This document shows, piece by piece, positions 38,941 through 53,891 of a DNA stretch of 64,000 nt. Made by a program: the position numbers and the translations under genes. Where the stretch lies: positions 6,412,137 to 6,476,136 of the forward strand of contig CM082595.2 of NCBI GenBank assembly GCA_040954595.2, in the 5' to 3' direction. This DNA comes from Balanoglossus misakiensis. Lineage: Eukaryota; Animalia; Hemichordata. The notes below the pieces were generated by a model. That model saw only the letters and a program-made list of their open reading frames with translations. It searched no databases and was not told the DNA's origin. Within the stretch, counting starts at the first letter, position 1, and every line of letters begins with the position of its first letter.

Positions 38941-39764
38941 TAGTATGAACCGCTATTGCGATAAATTTGTTTTGAAAAAGATTGCATACAGTGTGTTTTA
39001 TGGCATTGAACTTGGATACTGTCAAGGACCTTCATTCTGTAAAGATGTGCTGCCGAGCTATATTTTCGATTATGATATTTTCTCTGTCGTTTGGCCAGAA
39101 TGCCAGGCCTGGTGTTTGAAGCACGATGACAAATTGGACAATTTTGTTATCGGACAGGATGTTTTTTGTGAGTCCAGCGACATCATTTGCGAGAGGTACA
39201 TCATTACCAGAACTACATAATTTGTTGTTGGTATACTGTGAGTGATAACAATAATTCTCCACGGGGTCAGTATTGCACCAACTTACATTTTCGTTCCAAG
39301 TCATTGTGACGAGAATTCGTCTGCTATTAAACACATAACAGATGCGCTCACCAGGCAATACAAACGATCATTATCCAGCTGTCCCTAAATATCAAAAATT
39401 GCCTTCTTCCGTCGAAATCGCTAATTTCCATTTAAGCAGCTATATCGGTTGCAATGCCCCATTTCCCCTTAGAAAGTACATCGCACTGAATGGTTTTGTT
39501 GGTGATTTTGCTGTGAAAAATCATTGCCCTTCGTCGATCGTTAATTGGGTTGGAGTCAACAAACTTGAAATTGCGCATCTCCCTCCAATTTGATTCGCCA
39601 TGCGTCGGACCACAACTGATCTGCTGACAATTGAGCATCGAGATGCAAATTGATCGTTTTGGGCACGACACTCTCATTGTAGGCGCGCGACTAATTGAAG
39701 ACATCCGCAGTTGCTCAAAAATGGTTGTAGGCGTTAGTATCGGGGTCCCTTTCACCAGGCGCAC
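38941..39764 (-). pseudogene. Possible decayed SGNH/PC-esterase (CASD1/TBL-like) coding remnant
   Basis: Ordered minus-strand fragments across frames: CDVLSKGKW / LQP-YSC, then FLIFRDS (39398-39378, cf. IxFxGDS), NDVPLANDVAGL, VIVLQTPG and MKVLDS...THC. It contains multiple stops and frameshifts, and the resemblance is by eye only. Confidence 0.28.
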
Positions 39765-42700
39765 CGCGGTCGAAAGTTTGACAAAGTTGTCCTTTTGCGT
39801 AGAAATTGCATAGTGTTCCCCCTATGTGTACACTGGTATTTGAAGAACACGATTCCGTGAGCCGCCATCGAAATAATTGGTAAGCCAGTCCGCAGCTTGT
39901 TATACGTCGTGAATGGTAATTCGGCAGCTGCGATATCTGACTTACAATATCCAAAGTCAGATTTTCACGAGCGCGGACATTTAAGTACGCGGGGCTTTTA
40001 GCGTGGCGTCTATGGAAAGGTAAAAAGTGCCTTCTATATTATATGGCGGCGAGGGATAAAACCAGTAATCGTGAATGCTGCGCGTGGCAATGCAGTTTTT
40101 TATCTGTGAAACGTGTCACAGTTGTTCCTTGGTCCTTGCTAAATCCTTTACATTCTACTCCATTATTTACGCTGCCCGTGAGCGATCAGGCTTATCCTCT
40201 GCGATGTTTTGTGAGGTGTCCACGCCTTAGCTAAATCCGATTCTAGTTCCAGATTGAGGCCGTATCTCTACGGTGTGACCACAATCGCTGCGCGCAATTA
40301 AAGTAGCTTTCACAGTCACAGAACTTTTCCAGTCATGGCGGGAAAAGTGGGGAAAAGTTATTTTGTCACCTGTCTCGGTGGGAATCAAATAGTGAAAGTG
40401 ATTAAATCGCTTAATGATCCCATTTGATTGGGACAAAATGACTTGTATATTGAAAAAAGCGGAGCAATATGCAATATTAATATGCTATCTTTAATTGGTG
40501 CAAGCATGTTACATAATAGTGATTAGATTCTAATTTAATATTTGTCAGTGTAGGCTACTAACTCCTGTTCACTGTTTTATTAATTAGTTAGAGAGAATAA
40601 TCCTGGAAATCGCCACCTGTGTAAAATCTTTGATAATTCCATAGAAACAGAAGGTTCAATTAATGCAACAACACATTGCTTTAAAAGACGTCATATTGGA
40701 TATATATTGATTATAAAAATGACATTTTGTGCATTTTATTATTTTCGTTAATTCCAGCCACCAATACATGTTTGTCCAAGACGGTTCAGCAAGTCACGTG
40801 CTGGTCAAAATTGTTAAAAAAAAGTAATTCTTAACAAGACTTAATACCAGGACAAAACCACAGAAGACAAAAGTAGCAAAATACATACGTGGAGGAAATT
40901 GCGCAGAATCACAAAGGGTGCAACATTTGTACTGAAACCTCAATACTTAAGATCAGTAGCCCTACTATAAACACCTCTTACATTACTTACCGTACGATTT
41001 TGCCTTAAATCTGAAGTCGGAAGTATTAGCATAATCGTTTTTCACAATTTTCACTCTCTCAAGGGGCGCAGACGCGCTAATTGACAGTAATGAAGTGTTT
41101 CGCTCTGAATGAATGGGACTGCAGGATTTCCGCAATTTGGCAAGCCACGCCCCGTCTGACAAGCATTAATGGACGATTCATGGAACAATGTGACGACAGT
41201 ACAGGCTGCCGTTCGAGGTACATTGTCGCTTCACATCCCTGTGGAATAATCCCAAATTACCCGTTAAAATCATGGGTAGAGGGCTCAATGGTCTCCATGC
41301 ACGCTGGACGAAACGGCACAGGACTGTTCTGTGTGACGAGTTCAAAATTTGACTATTCATTAATTGAACTTGATCTAGAACTAAGTTTAGTTTAGTTCAG
41401 TTTAGTTCATTTTAGTCCTGGTTTTTTGGTTATTTTGATTTGCAATCATGTTTCTCCTGGTTCATCCCATTTCTTAACTGAATCCCTCGAACTATGCAAA
41501 TCCTATACCGCGGCATTACCGAGAAAATTAGACGACCAAAATACTGGATTTGAAACTACCCGTTTATCATGAAATAAGCAGCAATTTGATAACGCGAAAA
41601 TGATATTAATCGTCGAATCATTTCTCTCTTAGAAGGTGAAATGCTTAATCCAGAGATGGGCCTGGCTGACCAACCTTTGAAATAAAAATCACGAAAGTCA
41701 ATTTAATGCAGTGTGATTGGAGACGAGTGTGTACACATAATCTGATAGCGTTTTTTTTTCTCAGAGAACACCGGGGGCGAGTGATCAGATATAGTGATGA
41801 TTTGTGATACCCAATATTTACAGTCCAGCGACTGATTGTGCCGATATCTGAAGTCGGTGAAAATTGATACCTAGCTAGCAGAGTGTGTAACATTTCAATG
41901 TGTTTAATAATGCGTCTGAAGGCGAAATTCCCGTGCAGTTTTTAAGACGACTGGGCCGATATTGTTGTGCCACCTTTCAAGCGAGGCATTATCTTTCGCT
42001 TCTCGGGTTACCTTCTTTGAAATCGCAGCTCGCGAGAGTCTGTGGGCCACAAAAGATGACAGGACACTTCTTTTTCCAAGGGAAGATAGATGATGTGACG
42101 TAGTTCTGTGACGTGGGGTGCCCACATTCAACAATCTCATAAAGAGCGGAAGTAGCTGTAATGGACTTCTTGATCCTCAGTAACATTACGTCTTCACATA
42201 TTTTTTTAAAAAGCAGCACATCACGACTGTAAGTAGTTTTAAATCATTTTATGGCTAAAACAGACACAGATTCTATCATATAACCAGAAATAGCCCAAAT
42301 CGAACACTTACACAATCATATGATACATCCGTGTTTATGCCATTTAATACTATTTTTGGCGTCTGTCATATGTGCTTACATAAACCTAGGAATAAATTGC
42401 CCCATAATTGAAAACAATATAGACCAGCTGAGTGCATCTGTACGAACAAACGTTTTTGTTTTTTTCTCTTGCATATCTTGGTCACAATTGCCACCACAGA
42501 TACTCGACAATATTTTGTACTGCCTCCACCCCATGTCACAATAGTCTACAATTTTTATACCATAAACATGTTTGGTAATTGTAATGATTATTATGACTAT
42601 TTTGGCCTTTAAAACCGAGGGGGGAGCTCATCTGGCGAAGCACCTTAATTTAGCTTGGGCCCTCACTACAACCGGAATTAAAAGTACCTTTATTTCAATT

Positions 42701-45700
42701 AGACAACTTTTACCTGGTAGGAATTAGGGAATTTTGTGAAATTTAATTCTCTCGTGTCGTTACAACACTTTGGATGACCACAGGGAAATGTATGCAGTAG
42801 CTGTGGGACCCGTATACACATGGGAGTCTCAGACATGCATATATGCAATGCCATGTTTGGGGATTGGCAATGCTTGCTGTGAGCGCAACCTTGATTCGAG
42901 AGTACAGCGGCAAGTTTCGACTTCATCTTTATTGATGACGCATGTTGATAATACACCCGAATGAAAGAAACGTGCTCAGTCGATATATTATAGTTCTGTT
43001 TGACAATATGACGGTTGCCACAAACACCGAAGAATCTTCGAAGAGATATTCGCAAATACTAAACTTAAAATTTTTAGAAATCATGGCTTCACGTGTTTTT
43101 GTCAGCTTAAAAAACGCCATTTGTGAATAAACCACAACAGTCTCGCATCATTGGCCATTGCTTTAGTGTTCAGGTTATTCACATGATTATACTTTTAAAA
43201 TATCTCGAGAGGGCGCAAAACTTGACAAGGAATTCAACACGACTCGTAGAGGTAGAAACTCCAGTCTTACAGGACAGAAGCATCGGCAAAGTACAGTATC
43301 TACTTCTGTTAGTTTTTCAAACTGTGCCCTTCTTGAAGAAGAGAAACCTCCTCACTGTGACGCCTTCATATGTTATAATACTAGTATTACTCCGCCGATT
43401 AAAGTAGTTCCCAGAAAAGAGGGCACTGAGATTATAGATGAAATGAATTATTTCAGGCAAACTTGCAAGAGAACTAAGCAACGAAATCTACAGACGTCAG
43501 ACATGTCAGTTTGGGTGATTTGAGAAAATAGAGTAGAATATGTACTACCAACTTGGTTTCTGTTGTCATGGTGTATAATACAGGGTTCATATTTTTTTAC
43601 TTCAAAAAAGTCAACCATATTCAGAAAAACGTCACGAAAAATACTTACTGAATGAATTATTGTACCTATGTCATGTACAAACGTCATTTCTTCGTACAGA
43701 GTAATCAGATACAGGCTAGGGAAAACCTGTTTAGGTATTGCACGATGGACTTGGTGAAATGCTGTTCATTTGAAGAATTTGCAAATCTTCACGTAAAGTG
43801 GTGTCAAAGGTGTTGTGGTTTGACAGTCAAATGGGAAGAACAAATTCAGGTATTTTTAGATAGAATTTGACCCTTGACAAAAGCTCATGAGAAAAGTATC
43901 TGGAACTTTTCCCGTTTTTCGTATTTCTGAATAAGGACCGGTTTTGTTTGTTTTAACTATTCCATAATTCTCTTGCTAACATCATTCTGATAATTGTGAG
44001 AGCAATTGATTTTAAGCAAGCTGAATCCATTGTTATCGAAAAACTGTTTAGTTACGTCTTTTCTCATGTATTTAAAGAGTTGTTTTTGGATGACTGGTTT
44101 AGTCTAAGTCACTACTATGCTTGTGTGTATGTACGGATTTAATGAAACAAACACAGAGAACGCATTGTGGCCTGTTTAAAAACTGATGGTAACTCAACAT
44201 GTAATTCTCCCGTTGTGTCTAAAATACAACGATTAAGTCTGAGAGTTAGGGGTACTCGTAAAGCGTGCGTCAATCAACATCAATCGCTGCACGCTTCGAA
44301 TGACAACTTGAAGTCGATGATGACTATTAAATAAAACGTATGAGTTTGAAGTGAAATATGCGTGAAGCCACATCAAGTAAATTAATAGGCATCAAGCTGT
44401 GTTAACACAAAATGATTTAAGAGACAGAAAAAAGATGGAAAAGTGGAATTCGCGTGTCATAAAACGATTTCATTGTAAATCTCGCCAAAGTTCGATAGAA
44501 AATATTATATTTTGATGGGAAAATTGAATGTTCGGGGTTTTTATTTTTCCTGGAGGCTGATCCATTGGCCCTGCTGTTGGACGTCACTATAAATGCTAAT
44601 CGAATCACAGGACGCCCATTGACGTTGAGAATTAACAAGATCGACTTTTTTACGCGGCGACGAAACACCGCTAATAACGCTCACAATTTCGTAAGCGCCG
44701 TATATTTTACCGACTCGCGCGCACTTCAGGGAGCCATTGCTGACGGAGCGGGGCTGTAGCGCCTCGGGATTGGCGCGATAATTTGGCAATTTATAGGTAA
44801 CTTTAACCCAACAACACCGAAAATGTAATTTACGCTTACGAGAAATACCCATGGGCAAAACACAATAAATTGCCATCCTCGTGGATTTATGGAGATTGTA
44901 TTTGACTTGCAATTTTCCATAACTTAAATTGGTCGGTTATTCATACGTAAAGCGCAATACGACCCCGTTGAATGTGCGCGCTAGAAATGCATGTAAACTT
45001 AATCATCAATTCCTGGCTCTTATACCTAGCAACGCAAAGCACTCCTTAATGCTAATACTGGTAGTATCTCGGGTGACTAAATCGTAAGTGTGGATTAATA
45101 AATGGGAGCATAAACTCGGACAAATTGGTTGAATTTCACATCTGTGTGAACATGTGTCATATAATATGACCCCAAGGAAATGAGAATAAAGAATTATTCC
45201 AGTGGCTGTGACCATTTTGTGTAAACGTACGCGCTATAAACCTATTCACGCTCTACGTGACGATGACATGATGATCTCTAGTGGGAACTTTGAAAACTTG
45301 TCGCGGTGTAGCGGACTGGTATTTGAACAAATTTGAGATGAACTGGTGCTTCTGTGTTCTGAGGTGCATGAAACGTGTTCAAATTTACAATTGACTTAAA
45401 TTATAAAACAAAAATATTACACATGAGACATTTAGAAGTCTTGAATCAAAATTTTACATTCTAATATCTATTGTTCATGAATGTCATTTTGTCAACGTGT
45501 ATTCACAAAACATTTGCACATTTTCTTCATTCTTTTTGTCATAAAATGCATTAGTTTTAAGAAAAATACTTTCTTTTCTTTCGTTGGAATCCTTTTTAGG
45601 TTTGTGCGTCTGTGTAACTATCTCCTTCCAAATCATGTGGAATAATTTCCAAATTTTGGCGGGAAATATCACGTAGTCAAAGGTGAATACCCTTCAATGC

Positions 45701-46059
45701 TACTACACAATGCAACAATTTAGAATGTGTGTCGCTAGCGGAAGCTGAAAAATCGATACATCCGTTCTGTAAATGTTTATAGGTCCTGTAAAGCTCAATT
45801 TGTTCGTCCTTTTCGTCACATGTTCCAAACTAATTCACTTTGCGATTAATGTACCAAGTCACAGCATCACATTACATCAAATAAAGTTATCTTGGCGTAC
45901 ATTACTGTTTGAGACAACTCTATGCTTTGTTGTTAGTAAGGTGTCTGTATGCGTTTATGGTGTGGACAACAGGGCTATAGTCAGGAGCATATTTCTTTAG
46001 CCGTGCTCAAACACTACGGTACAAAAACTGTCCATTTTGCCTGTTCCTGTATCTGACAA

Positions 46060-46760
46060 GCGCGAACATCCACCCTGGGCTCGTTACACCCAGCCGCGCT
46101 CAACTTCAATATGCAAATATGTCGCGCTTTCATCAAACCCATCAAACAGGAATCACTCAAACCGCCCAACTTGGCGCGTCCTCAAGACAATCACCTCTTC
46201 TCCCGCCATTTTCCTTGCCACATCAACGCATTCAATCACCCGCGGCCGTTCCATTCGGTTCACTTATTCCCCAGACAGTTAACACATCGCTTTGCCATCT
46301 TACACATCTTACCATCCGTGCCTTCAACTGACATGTCATCTGTTCGTCCATCTTGCCACAACCCACCTGGTCATCTGGTCACCAGCTCTGAAAACCATCG
46401 TTCACCCATACATGCGTCATATTTCCTACTAGTTCAACCCGCCCATGTGTTCATCATCCAATCTCATATCCGTATATTTCTTTCATCTCCATTCCTCAAT
46501 CGAACTTTTGTCAATTGATCCATACACCCACCCACCCTGTCACCCCCTCAAATTCCCTGTCAGATGATTACCCAAGTTACTTAGAAAGTGCAAACTTTTT
46601 TACACCAATCAGCTAATTCGCCCTCTCAATCGGCCCCTTCAACAACCCAACATCTTACCCCAATCCACCTACTACCTCATTCACTGATCGCCTTTCAACC
46701 CACCCACTGTCGTCGATCAATTTAATTGTATCCCTTAAATTCAATCCAATATCAAACTTT
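46060..46760. repeat. C/A/T-rich low-complexity tract (decayed CCAT/CCAC-type repeat)
   Basis: Strong G depletion on the + strand and recurrent ccatc/ccaccc/tcatc words. Confidence 0.6.
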
Positions 46761-49700
46761 AAACAGCCTTCTGTCTGCCATTACCTTAAAACACTGATCA
46801 GTACAACATCTCAACATGGAACTCATCCAATACTTTCTGCTACAACGGCCTGTGAGTCGATTGCGTGAAATATCAAATGCCACCGACAAGGTATAAATCG
46901 CTTCTCGACTAAGTGCCAATAAACAGCAACATCAGACTGTTATGCCTCTTATTGACTGCGAGGCATTCGTCTTATCGGGGGAAAGGGCTTAGCTCGGCAT
47001 TGTGCTCAAGCGGTTAAGTCCTAAACCGCCGCGGGCGTCTGATCAGCGCAAAGAGCGGAGATAAATGCTTCTCGTGTTTCCAGTTTTCAAAATTTATCTA
47101 TAAAAGCGCAGTTTATCAATAAGTGTAAATACAAAGTAACGTTTTCTTATTTTTAGAACTGGTTCAGTTAGTAGATGTAGTATTGTGTCAACCAGTCATG
47201 CAAGACAAAATCGTATTGTAGGCTGTATCTGGTTTTACTACAAACTATGTTCTTTATAAAACTCTTTTTCTTGGAACAGTCTACACTTTTACTTGTGAAT
47301 TTTCCACTTTTGTCCTGGGGTATAGGATTCAAATTTTCGTTCCATCAGTACTTCCTATTCGTGGCACATTGTTGGTATTTCGTGTCCCATTCTTACCGGG
47401 AAGCTGTCACATTTATGTATTCAGTTGTTCCATATACACCATGTGAGCAGGACTCCTCCTGCCTGTGCGAATAGCGAAACGAGGTCTGTCAGTTTCAACT
47501 GAAGGCCCACTTTCTCTTGAACTTAATTGAGAGCGATCGGCTAAGGTTCAACCTGGGAAACGAGGGGCACACGTTTCAAATCATGTAGATGTCAAACGAT
47601 TTCGTGTAACAAAACACGACGAATTCCCAAAAGAAAATTAGTCATTTCAACTCACCCTTCCACAGCATCAGTGCCGTCGGCAATATTATCTTTGCATTGA
47701 AACGCTTTGTTCTCTATGAATATCGCACCGGGCTTCAATGATATTAAACACGTGACTCTCTGTGATTTTTACAGTTTGGCCTTTGATTTTGCTTTGCGTA
47801 TCAGATGTTTCACATCGATGACAAAAGGTTCTCATTCATCCCTGTCTCCCTAGATACATTCTCGATTAGCTATGCATTTCTAGTGAAGAATTTCAGTCTC
47901 GTTTGCAGGGTCTACATTTTTATGACTGCATGAATGTATGATATTGTCAGCCTGGTACTTGTTTCTATTACACAGACATAAAACATGCAATTTTTGATTA
48001 AAAGTATGTCTTAAAATTCTTAAGAGACACATCTGGTTGTTTTCTGAGCAACGCTGGAATGACCTGAATATTCGCCTCCCCCTAATGTTCCTTGCAAATC
48101 CCGTTTACTGTCTACTCAAACTGTTCTCTAGTGTTGCTTCGTTTGTATTTTGTTGGACAGACCCTACTCATCCGACTTTGATTAGAAGTATGGTTTACCC
48201 AAATTCCAGACTTTTTTCTTGATAAACCGAGAACGACCCTTATTTTTCCTGGCTGTAGTACCCAGCAAGACAGCCCCCCCCCCCTTCCGAGGAGACCGTA
48301 TACTTGCATGTAAACACCGTCCAACTGCCCTGCGAAATAACGTAAGTCTTAACAGATTAGCCAAGCCGAGCCGCCTTTGCCAAAGCAGCGTGGCCGTGAC
48401 ACAGGTATTAGGAGACACAAACTCGTCATGGGAATGTATCGGCCTTGTGTCGTTATTTCCCTAATCCACCTCGTTCACACCGGCGAGACCAACGAACATT
48501 TCCTGAGAGGCTAAGCACCAGTTGCTAAGTCTAAAGTATTCATGCACCGGGAGTATCAAAATCAACTTGTACTTTTAAGCTCAACTGTAATCTTACTGAT
48601 TGTAGCTTGGGGGGGGGGGTATTTTTTCAAATTCATCAAATATGTAGATTCGTTGTTTAAGTCATGTCGTATGCTAAAGCACCAGGTGTTCAGCAAGTCT
48701 ACAATGCGCATCTGGGTAAAATACATATTCATTATTGGCCATAACATGTGCACTCCTTTTCATGCAGCAGACGCGAAAGCATACATAAGAACAAATAGCA
48801 TCGGCGTTGGCTGACAGGTTTAGAGACTCTGTACCACTGTGGTAGTGGACACTCCTTTTGAAACTCTCGATTTTGTTCGAGGATGTCACATACAATAAAC
48901 GCCGCGTTGTCCACTTGGGTCTGTTAACAAATCACTGCCACAGCCCAGCCTTCAGAAGAACTCGTCACTCGCGAATGAATCACACAATCTCCCCTTAACA
49001 GCAAATGCTCAGCGAAGCCTTCCGCAGAGAAATGTATAGACTGCCAGACTTAGACAAAACAACACATTATTTCACTTACATGTATAACAGTGTATACACT
49101 GTTCAGTACGATTACGGTAATCTATGTCGATATCATATCAACTTTTTCATATATTTACTCACAAGACATAGGCCATAATTTACTCCGTCTAAGCAAAGAA
49201 ACGCGATCATATACCAAATTGTCGAAACATTTCATTGGCCTATAAGAAGTCAAATTAGCTGCCTCAAAAATGAGTATAACATGCTGTCTCTGTTAGACAT
49301 CGATCATCAAGGAAATGGGTGGACGCTTTTAGGAGAATGTTGTAATGATCTAGATAGATGGAAATCAGATCTACATCCGAACCCTGGTGTGTGTACTTTC
49401 TGCCTCGTACAGTACTGTACTGCCAGGCGAGTGAAGACGATATGTCCCTGTTTGGGTCCGCTCCCCGCCGTCTTATTACCTGCGTTCGTTTGATCTGATT
49501 TGCCGGTGATTTAATCATTTTATCTGCGGTCCTGGTTATTACGTTCTCCGGCGAGACAATAAGAGAAGGCTGTCAGTTTCCGGACTTGACGGAAACATAA
49601 CGGAACCTTTAATTCATCAGTGGCGGCCGACAGCCAAGGAATGATGAACAACCCTCTCTGCCTTTTAATTAGTAACCTTCGCGTTATAGAGGAATCGAGC

Positions 49701-51879
49701 CGGAATTTTCCACTCAGTCTATGCACCTCGCACAGCGCGGGGAAACAGCTAACCAGATCTGTGCTTTCAGGCGGCAAGATAACTTAATTATGAGTGTCAA
49801 TGACTGAACAAGAACGATGAATGAAATCAAATCATCGAGCGTGTCTCCTTACACCCTTCTTACACAAATTCAGGCGTGAATTACACTTGCTCACTTCTAC
49901 GCAGCGTCTACGTGTAGAAAAATAGTATCAAGGGAAAAAAACCTGTTTACTTTTTTGGTCGCGTGAACAATCAGTCGCGCTTGCTCTGTGACACTGATAG
50001 CAATAAATTCCCATTGCAGTTTCCAAAAGGTTACAATAATTGAAGTGACATACGAAAATTGCTGTTGACGCGGGGGTGTTTTGGATGGTTTCCCTCCAGG
50101 AATATGCAGGGGAGTGATTGTTTTATATTTTAATATTTTTTTTCTTGGTTTCAGGGCATGCATGGTGCTGTCGAACACCAGGAGATTGTATCGCAGTATC
50201 GCGTTTCAAGAGGTTCGGTGGATGTGATAAAGTTTCAAGTTTGTTCTCGGTAAGTGATATCGGTTTAAGCTGTCTCGTCCTATTACATGTATCATGTCTG
50301 TGCAGGCGCTAATTGACGCGCACGCGTTAGCGCGAGGGAGCGCGCTTCTCACCGCGCCATAATCCTATGCAGCCAACCATGTTAGATGATAGCTCGTGCG
50401 TTTTGAAATGAAAACATGATACTATATATTAGTGTAATCGAAAGAAGCGAATTTGATTCCAGAAAACAATATCTCAGACTCAGTTTTTGTCCGGAACGCT
50501 GTAGGCTCAAATACGCAACCTCGGCATGACTGTTTCCCGCGCTTCAGTCGCGGTGTAATTTCGCTAATACACTCCGTGAAACCGACTGCATCTAGTATTC
50601 ATGCGTACCAATGTATTAACACAAAATATATTAAAGTCCATCCCCCTTAAAGAATCCAAAATGACTCTAACTGACACAGAGAGAGTTCTTACGCAGCGCA
50701 TAACCTAATTGGCTCTCCCGTTCTTTGTTCTGTGGTTTGGAATTTTCCGTGATTATTTTTTTTCGTCGAATAGTACTCCCTCACAAAGAAGAGGAATGCA
50801 AAGACAGAATTTCACTGTCGTCTCTCTGCTCCATCTCCCGAAAATACATACTCTTTAGAAAAAAAAATCGCTTTAATGTCGACACTCTAAAAAAGCCCGT
50901 AATTTGCCGAATTTAATACTTATCTTTCGGTGAGGAAAGAAAGAAATCCATGATAACGTATCAGGAAAATTGAATCTGCTATTATCCTCGTCTTTTATGT
51001 TCTTGAGATTACTATATCTGAGAAGAAGAAAACGGTCGCCTCGCCGTTTCTCTTATGTTCTCTATTCTCAGGGATTATGTTGATTGTAATCCGTATCCAA
51101 ATACAGATGATCACTGGAGTTTCTATTTCAAAACGCTGCGTTTCGTGTTTCAATATTAGCCTGAATAGCGAAGATCTTTGTGTTCTGTCATAAAGTGACC
51201 TTAAACTTAAATTGCATTCTCAGTGAAAGAAACCATCATCATTACTATTATTATTAATAAAATTATAGCAACTTGCCTTATATATTTGCTGATTTGCCGC
51301 GAGCGAAAGTGTGGACAAAAAAAATCGCTGTGTAATAATTGATTCGCGCATTAGCGAGGACAACAAGTGATGTGCGCCGGATTTTCGGAATTAATTATTC
51401 ATCTCGATATGCAAAATCGAAAATGCTAAGCCGTGAGTATAGTATTAAGAAGCTGTCCCGTGTAAATCGTGCGGTTGTTACTGTCTTGTTGTACACAGTG
51501 GGCTGCATAAGGGATATATGCTTGATTCATTTCGGAAGAGATTGTCAGCTTTGTCATGTTGTTGTACGCTCTTTGCCGGAATGTCACCAAAACTCGGCAC
51601 ACTTGTTCGAAATTTGCAACAAACCTGTTTCACACAGACTGGATAACACAACAAAATGTGAACTAACTTACCTGACCAACAATGCGCTTCCCTTCAAGTT
51701 GTCTCTTTCTTCTGGTGGGACGTTTTTTTAAAAACTCCAAATTTCAAAGTCTTCGTGAGAAAATGAAAAGAAAGTTCCAGCCGACCTTTACCGCCGCCTT
51801 GCAATGGGAGACAAGAAAATATTCAAGGTTTATATACTCCTTCGAAAGGACTCAGAGGCAGATCTGGCTCATGAATAAA

Positions 51880-52095
51880 ATTTGCATATTCAAATAGAAG
51901 AGAGGCGGCAGCCAATCAAGGCTTCGAGCCTCCCCCACACAACCAGTCAGTGGAATTAGAAACTTTTTAATGCCTCAACTGAGGCGCTCGCTTTCCCCTC
52001 GACTAGTGTACGGGTCCCCCAAGGCGTTAGTCGCTCTGCTGACGTATTCCGAGTCTTTACGCATGCCAATAGAAATGGAGGAGGTATAAAAATAC
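51880..52095 (+). promoter_or_regulatory. Promoter-like motif cluster (octamer, two CCAAT boxes, half-CRE, TATAAAA)
   Basis: ATTTGCAT 51880-51887, CCAAT 51912 and 52066, TGACG 52040, TATAAAA 52085-52091. No downstream gene was identified. Confidence 0.3.
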
Positions 52096-53751
52096 CATTT
52101 CCGGCGTAATAATAGCCGGCCCTTTAGATTATTTGGCAGTTTATCACCGTCTCTGTAGAAGTCTCTCGAACTCTGAAATGAAAAGTACGGTTTCGGGAGT
52201 AACTGTGACGCCGTATAAATATATAATTCTTTCCAACAATTAAAATCGCCAAGTTGGCGCTTGATGTCTGATCGCTTTAGCGTCTATTTGCTTTCGGATA
52301 TAATATTTCAAGGTTTTGAATTTCCTGGAGAGAGCTGAGGAAAAAAATACTTAACGATTTACGGCTTTGTGCGATTTCAACATGACTTGGTTCTCGAGCA
52401 AGGCAGGGAGTCTTCTTCAGAATTTATCAATGGATAGACCCCATGTGGATCATGCTTATTAAAACGCGATGAGAGTGTTATTCTGTGATTCTCTTCAAAA
52501 ATCGAGCTTAAAATTAATTATCAGGTAATTGAAAAAAACATCTTTGGAGCTGTAAATATCCTCAAAATCCACCTTCACCGAAATATTTCTTCCATATTTT
52601 TTAAGTGTGGTGTTTTTGGCCAATATGTTGACAGTCCTCGAGGCGAATATAGCCGAGAGTTCTTCTCTCGAAAAACCCTTGTATATTTTAAGAGATTCTC
52701 TGTTGGCAGATATAGCAAATCTCTGAATAATGCTAAGCCAATTCTTAAGGAGGTTTAAAGACGGTAATACCACTACAAGGATGGGGCGGCTTCATTTTAC
52801 CAAGATCTGTGAATTCCTTATCTCAAAGGCAAGATAGCAACTTCTGTGCGTAGCTTTCTTTCTCGATATTCCAGAAAGATAACATATTTTTCGTTCACAT
52901 ATCGCCCACTGCTTTAAAAATTCGTTTTGTTCTGCCTAAAAAGGCTATACCTTGTTTTATGTAAAGATTTTTATTAAAAATAGAAGTGGGTGTCATATAC
53001 TCTCAAATAAAACTCAGTAAAACTGTTTTCCCTTCAGACTTTTATAAACCGACCAAAAAATTTCGGACTTGATTTTACTTTTTAATTAAAAACCTTTATT
53101 GCCTTTATAGTTCACATATACATGTTTGTTCGTACTATAAAAAGACAGTCATAACTCACTCATCTACATACTTTAACAGATCGGACTTGAATTTTATTTG
53201 CGCTGACGGTTTTCATCAAGAAATTGCAGTAGATACGCAAAATAAAATTACTAAAACAGCAAAAAATTAGAATTAGTGGATCTTCAACAAGGTGCAATAT
53301 CTTTCTGGACGTACAGGCAGGCATGTTGAGGAATGTTTACAGCCAAAACACACAGAAGTTTGTATAAATGGAGTAAAATCATATTAACTTTCGCTAGTGA
53401 ATAAGGCCGCGATATAATCCACTGTTTCTACATATCACTGACGCACACAGCAACCTCAAAAGGCCTGTAAAAATATGCCAAGAGAGTTATATTTTCAAGT
53501 TATCGATTAGAGGTAATTTTTCATTTTCACTGGTGACGTCACGTGTTTGGAAAAGCGACCTTACGACCTTATCTGGAAGGCAGCTGTTCAAAGGACAGGG
53601 CTTTATGTGCTCACACTGCAGGCACGCGGCAAAAAGGTACCGTTAAGTAATTTTTATTTCCCGGGCAATCATTCAGAGATTAAAACAGATGTTCTGTTTT
53701 CATTTGTCAAAGAGGTGTGATTCACGCGAGTTTTAACCCCCCCCCCCCCCC

Positions 53752-53891
53752 TAGACTCTCTCACAGCCCACGGTTCGCTACCTCAACGGTTTGGCAAAGA
53801 AGCACCGTTTGGTGTTGTGTAGCGAACCGGGCACACATGCAATCAGTCCATAAGCCTGCATGGACGACGAGAGGGGCTGTGAGAGAGTCTA
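53752..53891. mobile_element. 140-bp MITE with perfect 18-bp TIRs (TAG...CTA) inserted in a poly-C tract
   Basis: TAGACTCTCTCACAGCCC (53752-53769) pairs with GGGCTGTGAGAGAGTCTA (53874-53891). An inner 11-bp inverted repeat CGGTTCGCTAC/GTAGCGAACCG lies at 53771-53781 / 53819-53829. The element is flanked by C15 and C10. Confidence 0.85.
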
